Positions 50,646-63,605 of a stretch of DNA of 64,000 nucleotides are shown piece after piece. Position 1 is the stretch's first letter, and each line of letters opens with the position of its first letter. The position numbers and the translations under genes are program-made. This DNA comes from Lama glama (taxonomy: Eukaryota). Location: assembly GCA_028534125.1 (NCBI GenBank), contig CM052816.1, positions 22,570,001 through 22,634,000 on the forward strand, in the 5' to 3' direction. The notes under the pieces are model-generated. The model was not told where the DNA came from. It saw only the letters and a program-made list of their open reading frames with translations, and made no database searches.

Positions 50646-51425
50646 ACTCTGGCAAAACTTCTACTTTCTCATTTCCAAACCCAATACTTCAATTCAGTCT
50701 TCACCTTTAGTTTTTCTTTTAACATATGACCTATGAATTATTCTCTTGGAACTTCCTTCCCCTCCTTTCCTGTGTGACACAGCTCTCTCTGGAGTCTCGT
50801 TCTTACTCTCTTTCCTTCCTTCTCAGTATTCTTGATGAAAGTCTTTGTCCTCTGCCCAGCACCTGAACTTAGGCTTCCCCAGGAACTCTAATTGGGCTGA
50901 AAACATTTCTTACTCAGCTCTCTTCCTTAGGGACTTCACTCATTTTTCATGGTTTGTAATTAACATCTAATACTCCCAAATTTCTATTTTCAGTAATGAC
51001 CTCTGCCTTGAACATGAGAACCATATAAAGATAGGCTTGTTGCTTGTTGTCCGTACGCCAGACATCCTAAACTCAGTACACCTACCATATGACTCAGAAT
51101 CTTTCCGTGTCACATCTACTGCTGTACTTGTATCTCTTACTTTAAATAATAGCATCAACAGTGGCACAGTCAACTAAAATTCAGAAACAGAAATCATTTT
51201 CATTTTTTTATATCTCATCACTAAGTCCTTCCAAATTACAACGTAGCTTCATAATCAGTGTGGTTATTTCCCATCTTGTTCCCTTCAGTTATTTCCTCTA
51301 ATTATGGCCAGAGAGAATTCTATAAAACAGAAATCTTGCCAGGTCTCACTTTTGTATAAAACCACTCAGGGATTCACCATCTGTGATAGTTGCTAATGTT
51401 TTTGGCAAATATTTCCACTTCCTCC

Positions 51426-51925
51426 NNNNNNNNNNNNNNNNNNNNNNNNNNNNNNNNNNNNNNNNNNNNNNNNNNNNNNNNNNNNNNNNNNNNNNNNNNN
51501 NNNNNNNNNNNNNNNNNNNNNNNNNNNNNNNNNNNNNNNNNNNNNNNNNNNNNNNNNNNNNNNNNNNNNNNNNNNNNNNNNNNNNNNNNNNNNNNNNNNN
51601 NNNNNNNNNNNNNNNNNNNNNNNNNNNNNNNNNNNNNNNNNNNNNNNNNNNNNNNNNNNNNNNNNNNNNNNNNNNNNNNNNNNNNNNNNNNNNNNNNNNN
51701 NNNNNNNNNNNNNNNNNNNNNNNNNNNNNNNNNNNNNNNNNNNNNNNNNNNNNNNNNNNNNNNNNNNNNNNNNNNNNNNNNNNNNNNNNNNNNNNNNNNN
51801 NNNNNNNNNNNNNNNNNNNNNNNNNNNNNNNNNNNNNNNNNNNNNNNNNNNNNNNNNNNNNNNNNNNNNNNNNNNNNNNNNNNNNNNNNNNNNNNNNNNN
51901 NNNNNNNNNNNNNNNNNNNNNNNNN
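51426..51925. other. Scaffold gap (500 N)
   Basis: N run; right edge begins inside an L1. Confidence 0.98.
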
Positions 51926-52252
51926 AGCCAGAAAGAGAAAGAAAAATACCATATGAGATCGCTCATATGTGGAATCTAAAGACTCATGGACAGAGAATAC
52001 AGACTTGTGGTTACCAGGAGGGTAGAGGGTGGGAAGGGATAGACTGGGATTTCAAAATTGTAGAATAGATAAACAAGATTACACTACAGCACAGGGAAAT
52101 ATACACAAAATGTTATGATAAATCACAGAGAAAAAAATGTGACAATGAGTGTGTATATGTCCATGAATGACTGAAAAATTGTGCTGAACACTGGAATTTG
52201 ACACAACATTGTAAAATGATTATAAATCAATAAAAAATGTTAAAAAAAAAAA
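51926..52252 (+). mobile_element. Young L1 3'UTR with A tail
   Basis: agccagaaagagaaagaaaaataccatatgagatcgctcatatgtggaatc...caataaaaaatgttaaaaaaaaaaa. Confidence 0.9.
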
Positions 52253-53213
52253 GAAATGTTAAGTGACTCAATAGTGGTACAAGTCTCTGGAAACTGTTTC
52301 CAGCATAAAGATGTGGTTTTAGTCCCAAAAAGAGAACCACTAAAATGCAATAGTATTACATGGGACAAAAACCTGGGTTCATGATAATTAGCTCTAAGTA
52401 AAAAGGAACGCCTGCCATTGGAAACCAAAGAAATAATCATCCAAGATATAATAAACATGTAGATACAGTCTTTTGTGAATGTTTAAAAACACAGACATAC
52501 ATAAACACAAAAATCAGCAACCAAAGGAACCTCAGCTCATTATTTATAACTGAAATGGAAACCAGTCAATCATAGAATATAAAACATACAGGTTCGCAAA
52601 TAAAAATATATTAAACACAAAGCAATTATTTGGAGGGACTTATTTAAAACCCAGTCACATTAGAGCCAAACTTCACCATGTCCATAATTTGGCTTTTTAA
52701 ATTTTAGAGGGGAGAAAAACTTTAGAAGGATGCAGAGCAATTAACAGACGTGCATCTGGCAGATGCATCTAGAAATAATGTAAATGAAAATTACCAGGAA
52801 TATCTTGGACATAGTACAAGAAAGAGTCATGCATCATTATTATTCTAAGGACATTCCACTAAGAGTCCACAGAGAAAAAAAGAGAATTAACTGCCAGGCA
52901 GTATCCACCACCTTCAGAAGCAAACTGCTCTTACTATATCCAGAAGCCATCCCCAAAGCAAAAGATTTAGAGAAGGGATTTGAAAGGTATGTGAAATGAG
53001 GCTCATCATATAGTTAGAGGCTCTCAGCAAAAGTGTCTTAGGGAAGCATCCAAACTTATCATTGCCAAACTGTCCTTATAAGTTATAAAATCACATATGG
53101 AAATCTGGCATATCCACTTCTATAAGCATTACTACTAAATGAATAAATGATCTATGGAAGCCATGCTCTGAAAGTTACAACAGAGTATTTTAGAAAAATG
53201 ACAGAATGATTAC

Positions 53214-53241
53214 CTTGCCTAAGTTAGTTGCCTTTTTCTTT
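53214..53241 (-). pseudogene. Exon 2 (28 nt)
   Basis: gttgtcttttctgtag | KKKATNLGK | gtaatc; phase 2->0. Confidence 0.5.
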
Positions 53242-53652
53242 CTACAGAAAAGACAACTGATAAATTTAAGAAAGAAAAACATGCAATTCTCTGAACACTG
53301 TCCCACCCTGGTTTCCCACAAAAGCATTTGTCTTCACTTTTGGACAAGCAGCTCAAGGAGGGAAAGCTGTTAACTTTAATAGGTCATCACTACAGAATAT
53401 TTTAGGATTTTATTATATCTTTTAAAAATGAAATCATTAATGGGATCAAAGAGTCTGCCACTAAATTAATTCTCAGTGTTACTTTTTGTACTGTTCATTA
53501 TTCATTTTGCTTCTCAAGGTAATCAGTATGGCCTTATACTACACAGCGTCCACTATACTCAACTCGGTAGGCAGTGTTGCCCAACTGTTTTAAAGAAGAG
53601 GTGACATTGCTGTAAAGCTCTAAGTGATACAGACTTCCATGTGCTGACTTAC

Positions 53653-53748
53653 TTGGCAATGCACTATGTGACTAACAGCCAAACATTTAACGGAGACAAA
53701 CAAGGAGGAATGTCAGACAAGGACATAAAGTGATAAAGGCATTCCATG
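53653..53748 (-). pseudogene. Exon 1 (candidate first coding exon; signal-peptide-like)
   Basis: Acceptor ttctctattatttag, Kozak-like agcATGG (ATG 53747), MECLYHFMSLSDIPPCLSPLNVWLLVT*CIA, donor gtaagt, ends phase 2; other frames also hydrophobic (LTFLLVCL). Confidence 0.5.
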
Positions 53749-54432
53749 CTAAATAATAGAGAACATCCTGCAATTGTTTCTTTGGTTTTGCTGATGAACA
53801 AAACTGATGGTAAAGTTCTTGTACTGAATGATATACTTTTCAGATTCCTTTATCTACGGTGGGGGGAAAGGGGGAGAAGCAGAGAATTGGCTGCTTTCTT
53901 ACCCGGTAATTAAGAAAAACAGCGGCTCTCTTTAAAATTATTTTCCCCTCATTTCAAAGCCTTCTGTTTTAATTGATGTTCACTGGTTAGTGCCTCAGCA
54001 ATTAACAAGACCATGATTATCTACTTTTTGTGCTTATCTGACTTTAAATGCTTTACTGGCAACTCAAAGTCTACCTCCACCCTGCCACTGGCATACCCCA
54101 CAAAAAAAAAAAAACAAAAACAGAAAACAAAACAGACTCAGCTATCTAAAAGTATGGCTGAACATTTACAGAGTAGCTATTAATTGAGCCAATACGATTT
54201 AAAGGCCAGATTTTCCATCTTCTTTTTTCTTTTTTTCTACTTTACATTTTTAAAACTTTATGGCAAAGAAGATCTTTGGGTTAGAGGTTAGCAGATGCTG
54301 CAAAAGCCTTCTCTCCTTCAGGATTGTGCTATGTTTCTTCACATGACACATTTTTAACTGATATTATTCCTTCAAAAACTTGGACTGAAAATGTCAATAG
54401 GCTCATTGGGATAAATTGATGCCAGAGTGGAA

Positions 54433-54555
54433 TTTTTTGTGGGGTGTGGGGGGAACTAATCAGTGTTTGTTTGTTTAATGGCAGTACTGGAGATTGAACC
54501 CAGAAACTCGTGCATGCTAGGCACATGCTTGACCACTGAGCTATATATTCCTCCC
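54433..54555 (-). mobile_element. tRNA-derived SINE (camelid vic-1-like)
   Basis: Minus strand A box tagctcagtgg, B box ggttcaatctc; same family as 34247-34393. Confidence 0.85.
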
Positions 54556-57500
54556 AAGTAGATTTTTAACAGTCAACAACAGCTAAGGATTGCCTTTGAG
54601 GATCAGAGCATGAGTCCTATCCCCTACAAAGGACAGAAAGTAAGGGAGGAAAGAGAGATATCAATGTGTGCTTTTAAAAGTGTAACAGATGAATAGACAG
54701 TAATAGATGGTTTTAATAGATAAAAACATGGATAACTGATAAAAATAGCAATCTCAAATTTAGAACTTAGGCTTTAATTCCAAATAGTCATTTACATTAC
54801 TTGGCACATATTTTCCAAATTATTTCCGTATTTTCCACACACAGAAATAATGGTATAGGTGATGTTTTAGCTCATAAAACTCTTCTCAACATATAAACAT
54901 TCAAACAGTTGATCATTTTATTTAAACATATGGTAATAACTAGAATAATTCAGTTGCCAGTAGATGAAGTGAACTCCCACAAGCATAGAGGGAAAATTTA
55001 TTATAAGGATACAGGGATGATTTATGCAACTCCAAGACATGGGAGAACTAGAGTCACCTTGGCTTTCTCTCCAACTCTACTCCCTACCTATCTTAGTGAA
55101 TCTGCTTTATTCTTTTCTCTCTCTCTCTGCAGATGATTTTTTTTTTTAATGAACACTCAAGCTGCTGCATGGAACACACACAGTAGTGGGCAAAAATGGA
55201 AATCAGGCAGATCAGAGCGCTGGTCTTTAATCTTCTTGTTTTCAGAAGGGATACAATTCATAAATGATAACAGATTCAGAGAAGGTAGGACTGAGAGGAG
55301 GTACAGAAATAGTAGGCAGAAATAAGAGAAAATTCTAAAGACTATAGACAAACAAGGTGGGAATTGGAGATGATAGAAATAGTTGAGGTAATATTAGGGA
55401 AGGAAAGAAGAGGGTGGTACAGAGGACTCTCTTAGTTCATCTAAATCAGGGACTTACATAACTTTAGGTAGGCTAGACATGATTTACTAGTCAGAAGTAT
55501 GCAGTGAGAAAATCCCTGGTTAGAATCCAAGAGTCCAGGTATTTTATGTGGTCTATACCCTACACATTGAGAGTCTTCGGGGTTTTGTTACCTCACATGG
55601 AACTGCGTGATATGACTTCTAAAGAAACCTCTAGTTCCTATTCATTTTTATTCTAAATAAAAACGACAGAACTAAAGATCATACTTTTGTTCTAGAATTC
55701 AATCCAGTTACCATTATCATTATAGATCCTCTGAAGACTCTGAAATGAAATTCACAGCAAAAAAAAGCTCAGAACCTCATCAGGAAACAGACTGAGCCAA
55801 ACAGAAAACCAAACTTCATCCTGATTAAAAACTAATAAAGAATTCACACTAGAAGTGCCATATGGCTTCTGGTTAATGAACCACAAAATAAACATAATGA
55901 AGCTGGAAAAGGTCCAAAGATACAAAATTAAAATGATAAAAGATATCTGTTTGAACAGAGATGAAAATAATTAAGATTCTCCCTTATAAAAAGATTAAGG
56001 AGCCATGGAGATAAATATCCCCAAAACATGGATAAGGTAAGCATGTATTTCTTTAATTTATTCCAAAGTATTAGAAATAGACATTTTCCTAAAACTTAAA
56101 AAAGGTAATTTTAGGATAAATCTTCCATATAATAGCCCAATATGAAAAGTGTCTCCACTTAATCAGAAAAATATAAATTCAGAAGAGTGTGGAATAAAAA
56201 GTTAATAAAGCAAAGAAACTGTGCTGGGTTGGACTTTCAGGAAGATTCTTAGAAATTACTTTTTAGAAAACAAAATTCTACTAAAATAAGAAGAAAACAG
56301 TGGTATGGGTTCTCAACCATGAAAGCAAATTGTACTTTTTATAGTCCTTGAGTAAAATATGCCTTTAAGAAAAACTCACTAATTTTGAACCATCATTAAT
56401 TTTACAACAATTATTATATGACATGTGAATGTGGCAATGACAGGGCACAAAGTGCCCTCAGTGGTGCTCTGGGCACTTAAATTACCAACTGCCAACATAG
56501 CCAGAAAATTGATAAAAGGACTATATAATGTTATATACTCATCAGTTACTCTGTCATGTACCTCAGGAAACAAAGGAGTAACTTCCTGACTTAGAAGCCT
56601 AGCACTAGAATCCATAAAATGTGTTTGTTAGAAATCAATATGATTGTGAAAAAAAAGGATAAATTCTTGAACTTCAGTTAAACATGAAGGACTGACACAT
56701 TTTGTTTCCATTGCTCTCTCCTGAAATTCACTAAAATTATATTGAAAAGATTTAAAAAGGTCCAAAACAATAAAGTGAACATAAGAGGGAATGACAGTGA
56801 TCTAGTTTTGGAAGCTAGAAAGAAGATTACAGAGCAAGAAAAGCCCTGAATGGAGGAAACGAGAAACTGGCTGTTCTGGACCTCAGAACTCAAGAAGTCG
56901 TCAGAAATTGAGATGCATTACAAGTGTGCAATTGGATTTGACATAGGAAGATTGCTAAAAAGATTTTGTAAAGTGGCTATTAAAAACACAGATTCTGTCC
57001 TCCATCCCCACAGATGACCCCAGGCAAAATGAAAAACAGAAGGATTAAGTGAATGTCTACATACTGAACAATGACATGCATGGGTTCCTTCTCCCATCTG
57101 TCTTTGAGAATACCAGCAGACACTTTTTATCTCTCAGACAAGGGATTAATGGAGTCATCCCTGAAGGAATTGATCAGCACAATTTTGGGGGAGGGAGTGA
57201 GCTACAATAACCATAAAATTACATCCTTGAAAGAGTCAAGACAGAGAAGACTATCTTCGGTGAAGACCATCAATCAGCACCCTATGTCTCTGCCTACACA
57301 ACATACACAAACTGACACCCACAGCTCCCAGCCAGCTGTCGAGTACCTCACTCTTAAATGTGAATAGGTTGATAAAGAACATCAGACATTTCAGAAAAGC
57401 CTCCTACACGAAGCAAAGACCAAAATTACCGAGAAGACAAAAACTGATTTCAGAAAGAAAGCCAGATATTTCAATTATTTTCTTTACAAAGGGAAGAGAA

Positions 57501-58184
57501 AATACTGTATTTATGAAAAAAGAATGGAAAATTTTAAGGAACACTCAAAGATCAAAAAAAGGTTTTGAAAATTAAGAAGCAGAGAGAAGAAATGACAAAC
57601 TTATGAAGAGTTACAGAATATGGTTAAGGCAATCTCCAGAAAGCAAAGCAAAAACAGAAACAGGAAACAGGAGGGGAAAACGGAAACTCCCAGGGTCAGT
57701 CCACAGTGTCCACCAGCCAAGTAACAGGAGTTCCAGAAAGAGAGAGCAGGGAAAAGAGAGGGAAGAAAATTATCAAATAAATCATTTAGAAAATGTTCCA
57801 GAACTGAAAAGATTAAGTTTCCATATTACTAGTGCTTAATAGAAAAAAGAAGACTCACACTAAAGCACAAGCATACCCTCAGGAAATCGCTGAACGCTGG
57901 GGACGGAAAGAATGGACTATAAGCTTTCCAACAGAAAAGTAAATAAGACGGGGCAGAAATACAGGATCAGGTGTCAGAATGGCATTCAACTTCCTACAGA
58001 AGCAAGTATACTACAAACACCTTCAACATCCTCAGTGAACTCTGAGGCAAAAATATTATTTCCATCTTCAGTGAACTCTGAGGTAAAAATATTTGATAAA
58101 TAAGGCATCAAAAATGTATTTTCCATGCATTCCATTTCAAGATACTAGAGGGAAGTGTTCTACCAAAATTAGAGCAGAAGCCAC

Positions 58185-58657
58185 TGTATTAGTTTCCTAT
58201 TGGTGCTGTAACAAATTACCACAAACTTAGTGGTTTAAAACAACACAAATTTGTTATCTTACAGTTCTGGAAGTTGGATATCTTAAAATCAAAGTGTAGG
58301 CAGAGTTGTGTTCCTGCTGGAGGCTCTAAGAAAAAACCTGTTTCCTTACCTTTTCCAGTTTCTAGAAGTCACCTGCATACCTTGCCTCATGGTCCCTTCC
58401 TCTATCTTCAAAGCCAGCAGCATAATATCTTCTTTGACTCTGCCAGGACTCTGCTGCCTCTGTCTTACAGACTTAGAAAGACTCATGTAATTACATTAGG
58501 CCCATCTGGATAATCTAGACTAATCTCCTCAAAGACCTAATCTCAAGGTCTTAAGGACATCTACAAAGTCTCTTTTCCCATGTAAAGTAGCGTATTCACA
58601 GGTTCCAGAGTTTAGGATGTGCACATCTGTGAGGGGCCATTATTCGGCCTGTCATAC
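58185..58657 (-). mobile_element. MaLR MLT1(A-C)-like LTR inside the L1M relic
   Basis: tgtattagtttcctattggtgctgtaacaaattaccacaaacttagtggtttaaaacaacac. Confidence 0.9.
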
Positions 58658-59406
58658 CTAAGAAAAAGAAAGAGATTAAATTCAAGAAATAGAGCTCCAA
58701 TTAAAAACAATAGGAGAGTGGGGTCTCAGAATGATGAAAAAGCAACCAGTTCAGACTAGAGCAAGAGGAGGACGGCTTAAGGAGAAATGTTTCCAAGAAG
58801 TTGAAACTGATAAACTGTTTAATTCATTTGAACATTCTTTATAGTTCTGAGGGAGAGTCTGGGTATGAATTAATGATAGGTAGGTGAAGAAACAAATCAA
58901 ACTTTAAAATGTGTCAATCAGCACTTGGGAAGAGAAAAGGATATACAAAGAAAGGAAATGTAATCATTGTAAACCACATGGCCCATATGTGAACAATATT
59001 TGTATCATTCATCGTCATAATGTAAATTCTGATAATGTAAATCTCAGGGTCTAATTGGTAATAGAGCTAATAGATTTAGATTGATTAACAGATCTAAATT
59101 GATCGAATCAGAACTAATGATATAACCATTTTTAAAGACAGTAGGAAAGAGATGTGGCAAGAGAATAAAAAAGATAAAATATCATTTTAAAAAGAATAAA
59201 TCAATACATAAGATATAAAACTGAAAAAATCAAGAAACAGGGTATAAACTTACTATTTTGAACTAATGAAGGCAAAAATCTAAGAAAATAACAAAGACTG
59301 AAAGTTATCTGTGACATTTGGGAACTGCACACAGGGACAGGTGCAACAGAAGACAGATCTTTTTCCTTTAAAGCTCTTTTAGAACTATTTGAATTTTTAA
59401 ACTTTG

Positions 59407-59417
59407 TATATATATAG

Positions 59418-59458
<41 letters not shown>
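59407..59458. repeat. (TA)n microsatellite
   Basis: TA run with one gc interruption. Confidence 0.95.
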
Positions 59459-59459
<1 letters not shown>

Positions 59460-61982
59460 CTTAATAAAAATAAAATAGAAAAATAAATGCCCCTTGTTTA
59501 AGTTGAATATAATATATGTGACTTTGGATCTTCATCCTCAAAAAGAGAGGAGAGGAAGACAACTTCATAAACTTTAGAGAGAAAGAGACTTGAAAGTTGT
59601 TTTCCTACATTTAACTGGGGTGAAACAAGAGGATATTTCATTTAGGTTTGGCTTTGTTTTGGATTTGGAAGGATTTCATTCTGTTTACAATCTTTTTGAT
59701 ATATTTGAAAATATTTATTTCTAATTCTTGATAACAATGAATAAAATACCAGCTAGTCACTTCTCATTTCCAGTGTCACCTCCTCTGTAAGGTGTTCTTG
59801 GGCCATCTACTAATGTAGCAGCACTCCACAGTTACAATATAATCACCTTGCCTTATTTCTCTCATGGCTCTGACCATTATCGGATACTTCCATGTTTGCT
59901 ACTTGTTTACTTGTCTATCAACATCTGCCTCTTTTTTTCTGAATGAAAAGTCCAATAGAACAAAGCTGGTCTGCCATGTCCACTGATCTACCCCCAGCAT
60001 CTATTAAGAGTGCTGGCCCTTAGTAGGACCCAATTCCTACTTAATAAGATATTCGTATATTATTATGTGACTTAGTTCTTGCCCCACCTCCTCTCCCAAT
60101 TATTTCTAAAGTGGTATCATTGGAAAATGTATTCATTTTAAACCTCTTCCAGAGATGAAGCCTCATTTAATAGAGTTTGGGACTGGAAATTTTATTGCCT
60201 GGCTTGGAATCTGGTTCCTTCAGTTTTTAGCTAGACTAGTGGTTAACCTCCTTTCTAGGACTTGGATACCTTTATAGCTATAAAATGGTGTTATTTATAA
60301 TAGCTTTGTCATAGGACTTCTTGAGGATTATTCACTTCATTTCTGATACAAGAGAAAAGATTAGTTACTCCTTCCTTCTCATCCTTTACACCACCGTAAG
60401 GAAGGCCAGGTTCACACAGAGTTAAGAAAATGGCTCGGCAAATGCTGAGCAATTTCAAGGGACAGAAATAGCCACAGCAGACCTTTAAACATTATTTTTT
60501 GAAGCTCAGGAAATACTTTGTCTAGTGATCTACAAAATTAGATGTAACGTGGATTAGGAAGAGTTTCTCAATCAAGTGCATCTTAAACAAGAGCCAGGTG
60601 AGAAGGGGGTCAATCTGATTGAAGAGTATAACTCTGAAAAGGAAAAAACTAAAAAGTAGGGAAGAAAAACAAAAGGGCCTAAGAAAAGGGAATTCCGTAT
60701 CAGATGGAAACAGTGAACCTGAAAGATCATTAACACAAGACATGCAAACAAGAAATACCAGCAGAGAAATGATCTTGGGTATTTACAATAAATCCGTGAT
60801 AGGTTGCAGCATGACATGGTCAGGTGAAGAGCATATTATAAGGACAGAGAAGGGTTCATCTGTCACACCCATGACATGACTTGCTATTGCGGGTAAAAGA
60901 CGACAGGGGTAGCTCTGAGTTTTAAAAAATGCCCTGGGAATTTCCACAATATCCCATGGCAAAGGCAAAGGAATGCTTTGAACTAGGAAACAAACAACTA
61001 GAGCCAATGAATTTTCTCAGAAATAAAGTATCTAATTTCCTGCAATATCCCCAGAGTCTGAGGCAAGAGAAGGACAACATTCTGTGCCCTTCCTATGATG
61101 CATCATCACAAATAACTAAATAATCCCCACCGGCAGAGCACACTCAAAAGATGTATGTCTTAAAGAGACAACAGAGTTGAGATATTTTCAGCAATTCTAG
61201 ATACCACAGGCTCTAGGATTCCCCAAAGGTGATTGTTTTAGCTGGAATAAAATTACTTTCATTTGTTTGTAGCCCAAAGGCCAAAGTACATGGGAAAAAC
61301 AAACAAACAAAAAAAACACTGAGTGTTACTTGAGTTGCTTCTGTTTTGCCAGGAAAAATTACATTCGTCCTTCCATCCACAGAATGACTGGCACTTTAAT
61401 GCGTTTTTAAGAGTTAGGCTCTTACTCAGTGCGTACTGGGGTTTGTTGCTATTAAAATGAGACTACTGTGAACACTTTGTTGGAGTAGCTGTCTTCACAG
61501 ATGAGTATGAAACAGGAGATGCAAGATGTTTTAGAGAGTTCACTATTCATCCAAGAAGGAACATTTGCCTTTTACAAGGTGTTATGTAACATACCGGGGA
61601 ATTAATAGTAAATAACAAAATACCTTTCCTTCGTGTAAGATCCAATTCAGTGGGGAAAACAGACAAGTAAACAGACAATTAGAGGTGGTAAGTGCTAAAG
61701 GAAGCTTACTGCCAGGGCCTAATGAGGCTTTCATTCGTCTGACCTTTGCCTCAGAGGCCCAGTGACTCCGCTTAGGCCACATACGAGTGAGCATGTGGCA
61801 CACAAGGCAAGACAGCTCAGGATCTCAGAAGAGACTTGTCAGCACCAGGAGGAAAATAACTCAGATCGACCTCTTACGGATCCTGGCTCAGGAGCGTCAG
61901 CACTGAATGTTACATAAATACATTATAAAGGTATTAAAAGTTAGTAAGATAGGACTCTTGGTTGGGTCCTTTTCTGATACAG

Positions 61983-63211
61983 ACTCAGGAAAGGTACAGC
62001 CAATAACAAAGGGTGAGTACTGAACAGACACGAGGACAACAGACGGATGGTTGTCTCCGCCTCCCACCACCTCCTCTGGCCTACCTTTACCCAATACCAA
62101 CAATTTCTGCTGGTGTAATAGAGAATCAAAGGAAAAATTTTCATCCTAAAGAAGGCATTTTTCACACACTATGGCTCCGCTCTCTCCTTGGCACCTTGCT
62201 TTATAGACACTGCAAAATGTAGATTAGGTCAACTAGAAGTAAACTGTACTGTAATGTGCTTTTTGAAATTTTTTGGTTTGGCTACTTATTATGTCCTTCT
62301 GTTTTATACAGTATTTGTCTGTGTTTTGCAGACATACATGACAGCCCAATGAGACGAATTTTGAAGACAAGGTTTGAGATGGAAAGGGAGGTTTCTAGGC
62401 CTATGTCAATGGAAAATTCCAATAAGGTTAGTGATAAATCATTATAATCTTCTGAGTCATTTTGCTGCTTTACTGCAATAAGACACACAGACCAAAAAAT
62501 ATACGTATGTCTTTATAATGAAAGCTACTTATCCATGGGTTTTAAATGAGCCAGTTGCTCTTTCATTCCATGTGGTCTGGGGCAAACAGCTTTTAACTGC
62601 TGTAGTAGCTCCAGAAAAATTGAAAAACAACAGTTAACCATGAATTATAGACATTTAATAAGGAAAGATGGTGATTATTCTAAATGGCAACTGGAAACCC
62701 AAAACAGAATAAAGCTTTCAGTAAAAAAGCTCAGGAAGTAACTTATCTAGTGAGAGAACTTATTTCCCAAAAAAGGAAAAGTTACACAGTGGAGGAGAAC
62801 ATAAGACTAATATAGACTAATATGTAAAGTTGTAATAAAAATGTGAGGGCAAAGATGCAGTATGAAAAACTAAAAAGTTTCCACTCTCAAGCAGTACAAG
62901 TCAACGACTTATTGACAACATGCCACGTGAGGCAAAAGGTGCTGAAATACTGCTTCTTTGTCTAGGTGGATGAGTCAAAATATTTCATCAATAAATTCAT
63001 GGCATGCTATTTATACGACTTGTATATGACGGTGAAATTCAAGAAAATTATCTGCTGCAAAAAGCTGCCCTGAGGGTGAAAAAAAATGCTCTAGAATTAG
63101 TGGTTACACATCCATATGAAAATACTGAAAATCACAGAATTGAAATGGTGGATTTTATGTTATTTATATCTTTATTTTTAAAAAGCTGCCCCAAACAAAG
63201 CAAAGCCCAAG
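61983..63211 (+). pseudogene. Candidate second (pseudo)gene: exons 61983-62012, 62332-62426, 62966-63211
   Basis: Strong sites (ttttctgatacag/gtgagt; gtgttttgcag/gttagt; ttctttgtctag); phases 1-1, 1-0, 0; SGKVQPITK-DIHDSPMRRILKTRFEMEREVSRPMSMENSNK-VDESKYFINK.. MLFIRLVYDGEIQENYLLQKAA; third exon split by an L1 fragment. Confidence 0.4.
63071..63179 (+). mobile_element. Short L1M 3' fragment with perfect 12-bp TSD
   Basis: aaaaagctgccc at 63059-63070 and 63180-63191. Confidence 0.7.
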
Positions 63212-63605
63212 ATAAACAATAAAAAAAAATTTCAGATTCAAAATATGCCTTCCTCTATCCCTCACCCTGTACTCTCATAGAACTCTTTCTGTATTATGAT
63301 CCTTACCAAGGTTGTACTGTGTTATAGTTAGCTTGGTATTTCTCCAAGTAGATTTTAATGTGCTCAAGGATGTTTATATCTAAGACATATTTCTTCTGGC
63401 TGAGTATTAACCAGGAATATTACCAGTTTCTATTTTTGCCTGGGTCGCTTCATAATAGCCTCACCGTAGTTATTAAACCTCCAGGTAACAACAGTCTGGC
63501 CCCTCCCAATCTCTGTCCCATTAGAAGCATGAGGTTATGAGATATGCTTTTCTAACCAAGGTCAGCTCTTTGGCCAAAGAGATCACATAGTTCACTTTGA
63601 GGCAT

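Larger units (their letters stand above)
1620..53748 (-). pseudogene. Multi-exon (unprocessed) pseudogene, ~27 coding exons, ~1,200 codons; predicted secreted or membrane-anchored glycoprotein with tandem Cache-like repeats
   Basis: Exons bounded by polypyrimidine-AG acceptors and GT/GC donors. Phases chain without net frameshift over exons 7-15, 17-22 and 24-27. Joined translation is protein-like across junctions but has dozens of in-frame stops. Exons lie in non-repeat DNA between repeat-filled introns. Confidence 0.8.
56660..59480 (+). mobile_element. Ancient L1M 5'UTR/ORF1 region relic
   Basis: A-rich; ORF1-like taacaggagttccagaaagagagagc...gaaaatgttccagaactgaaa; includes a ~36-bp tandem duplication at about 58027-58094. 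Confidence 0.6.
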
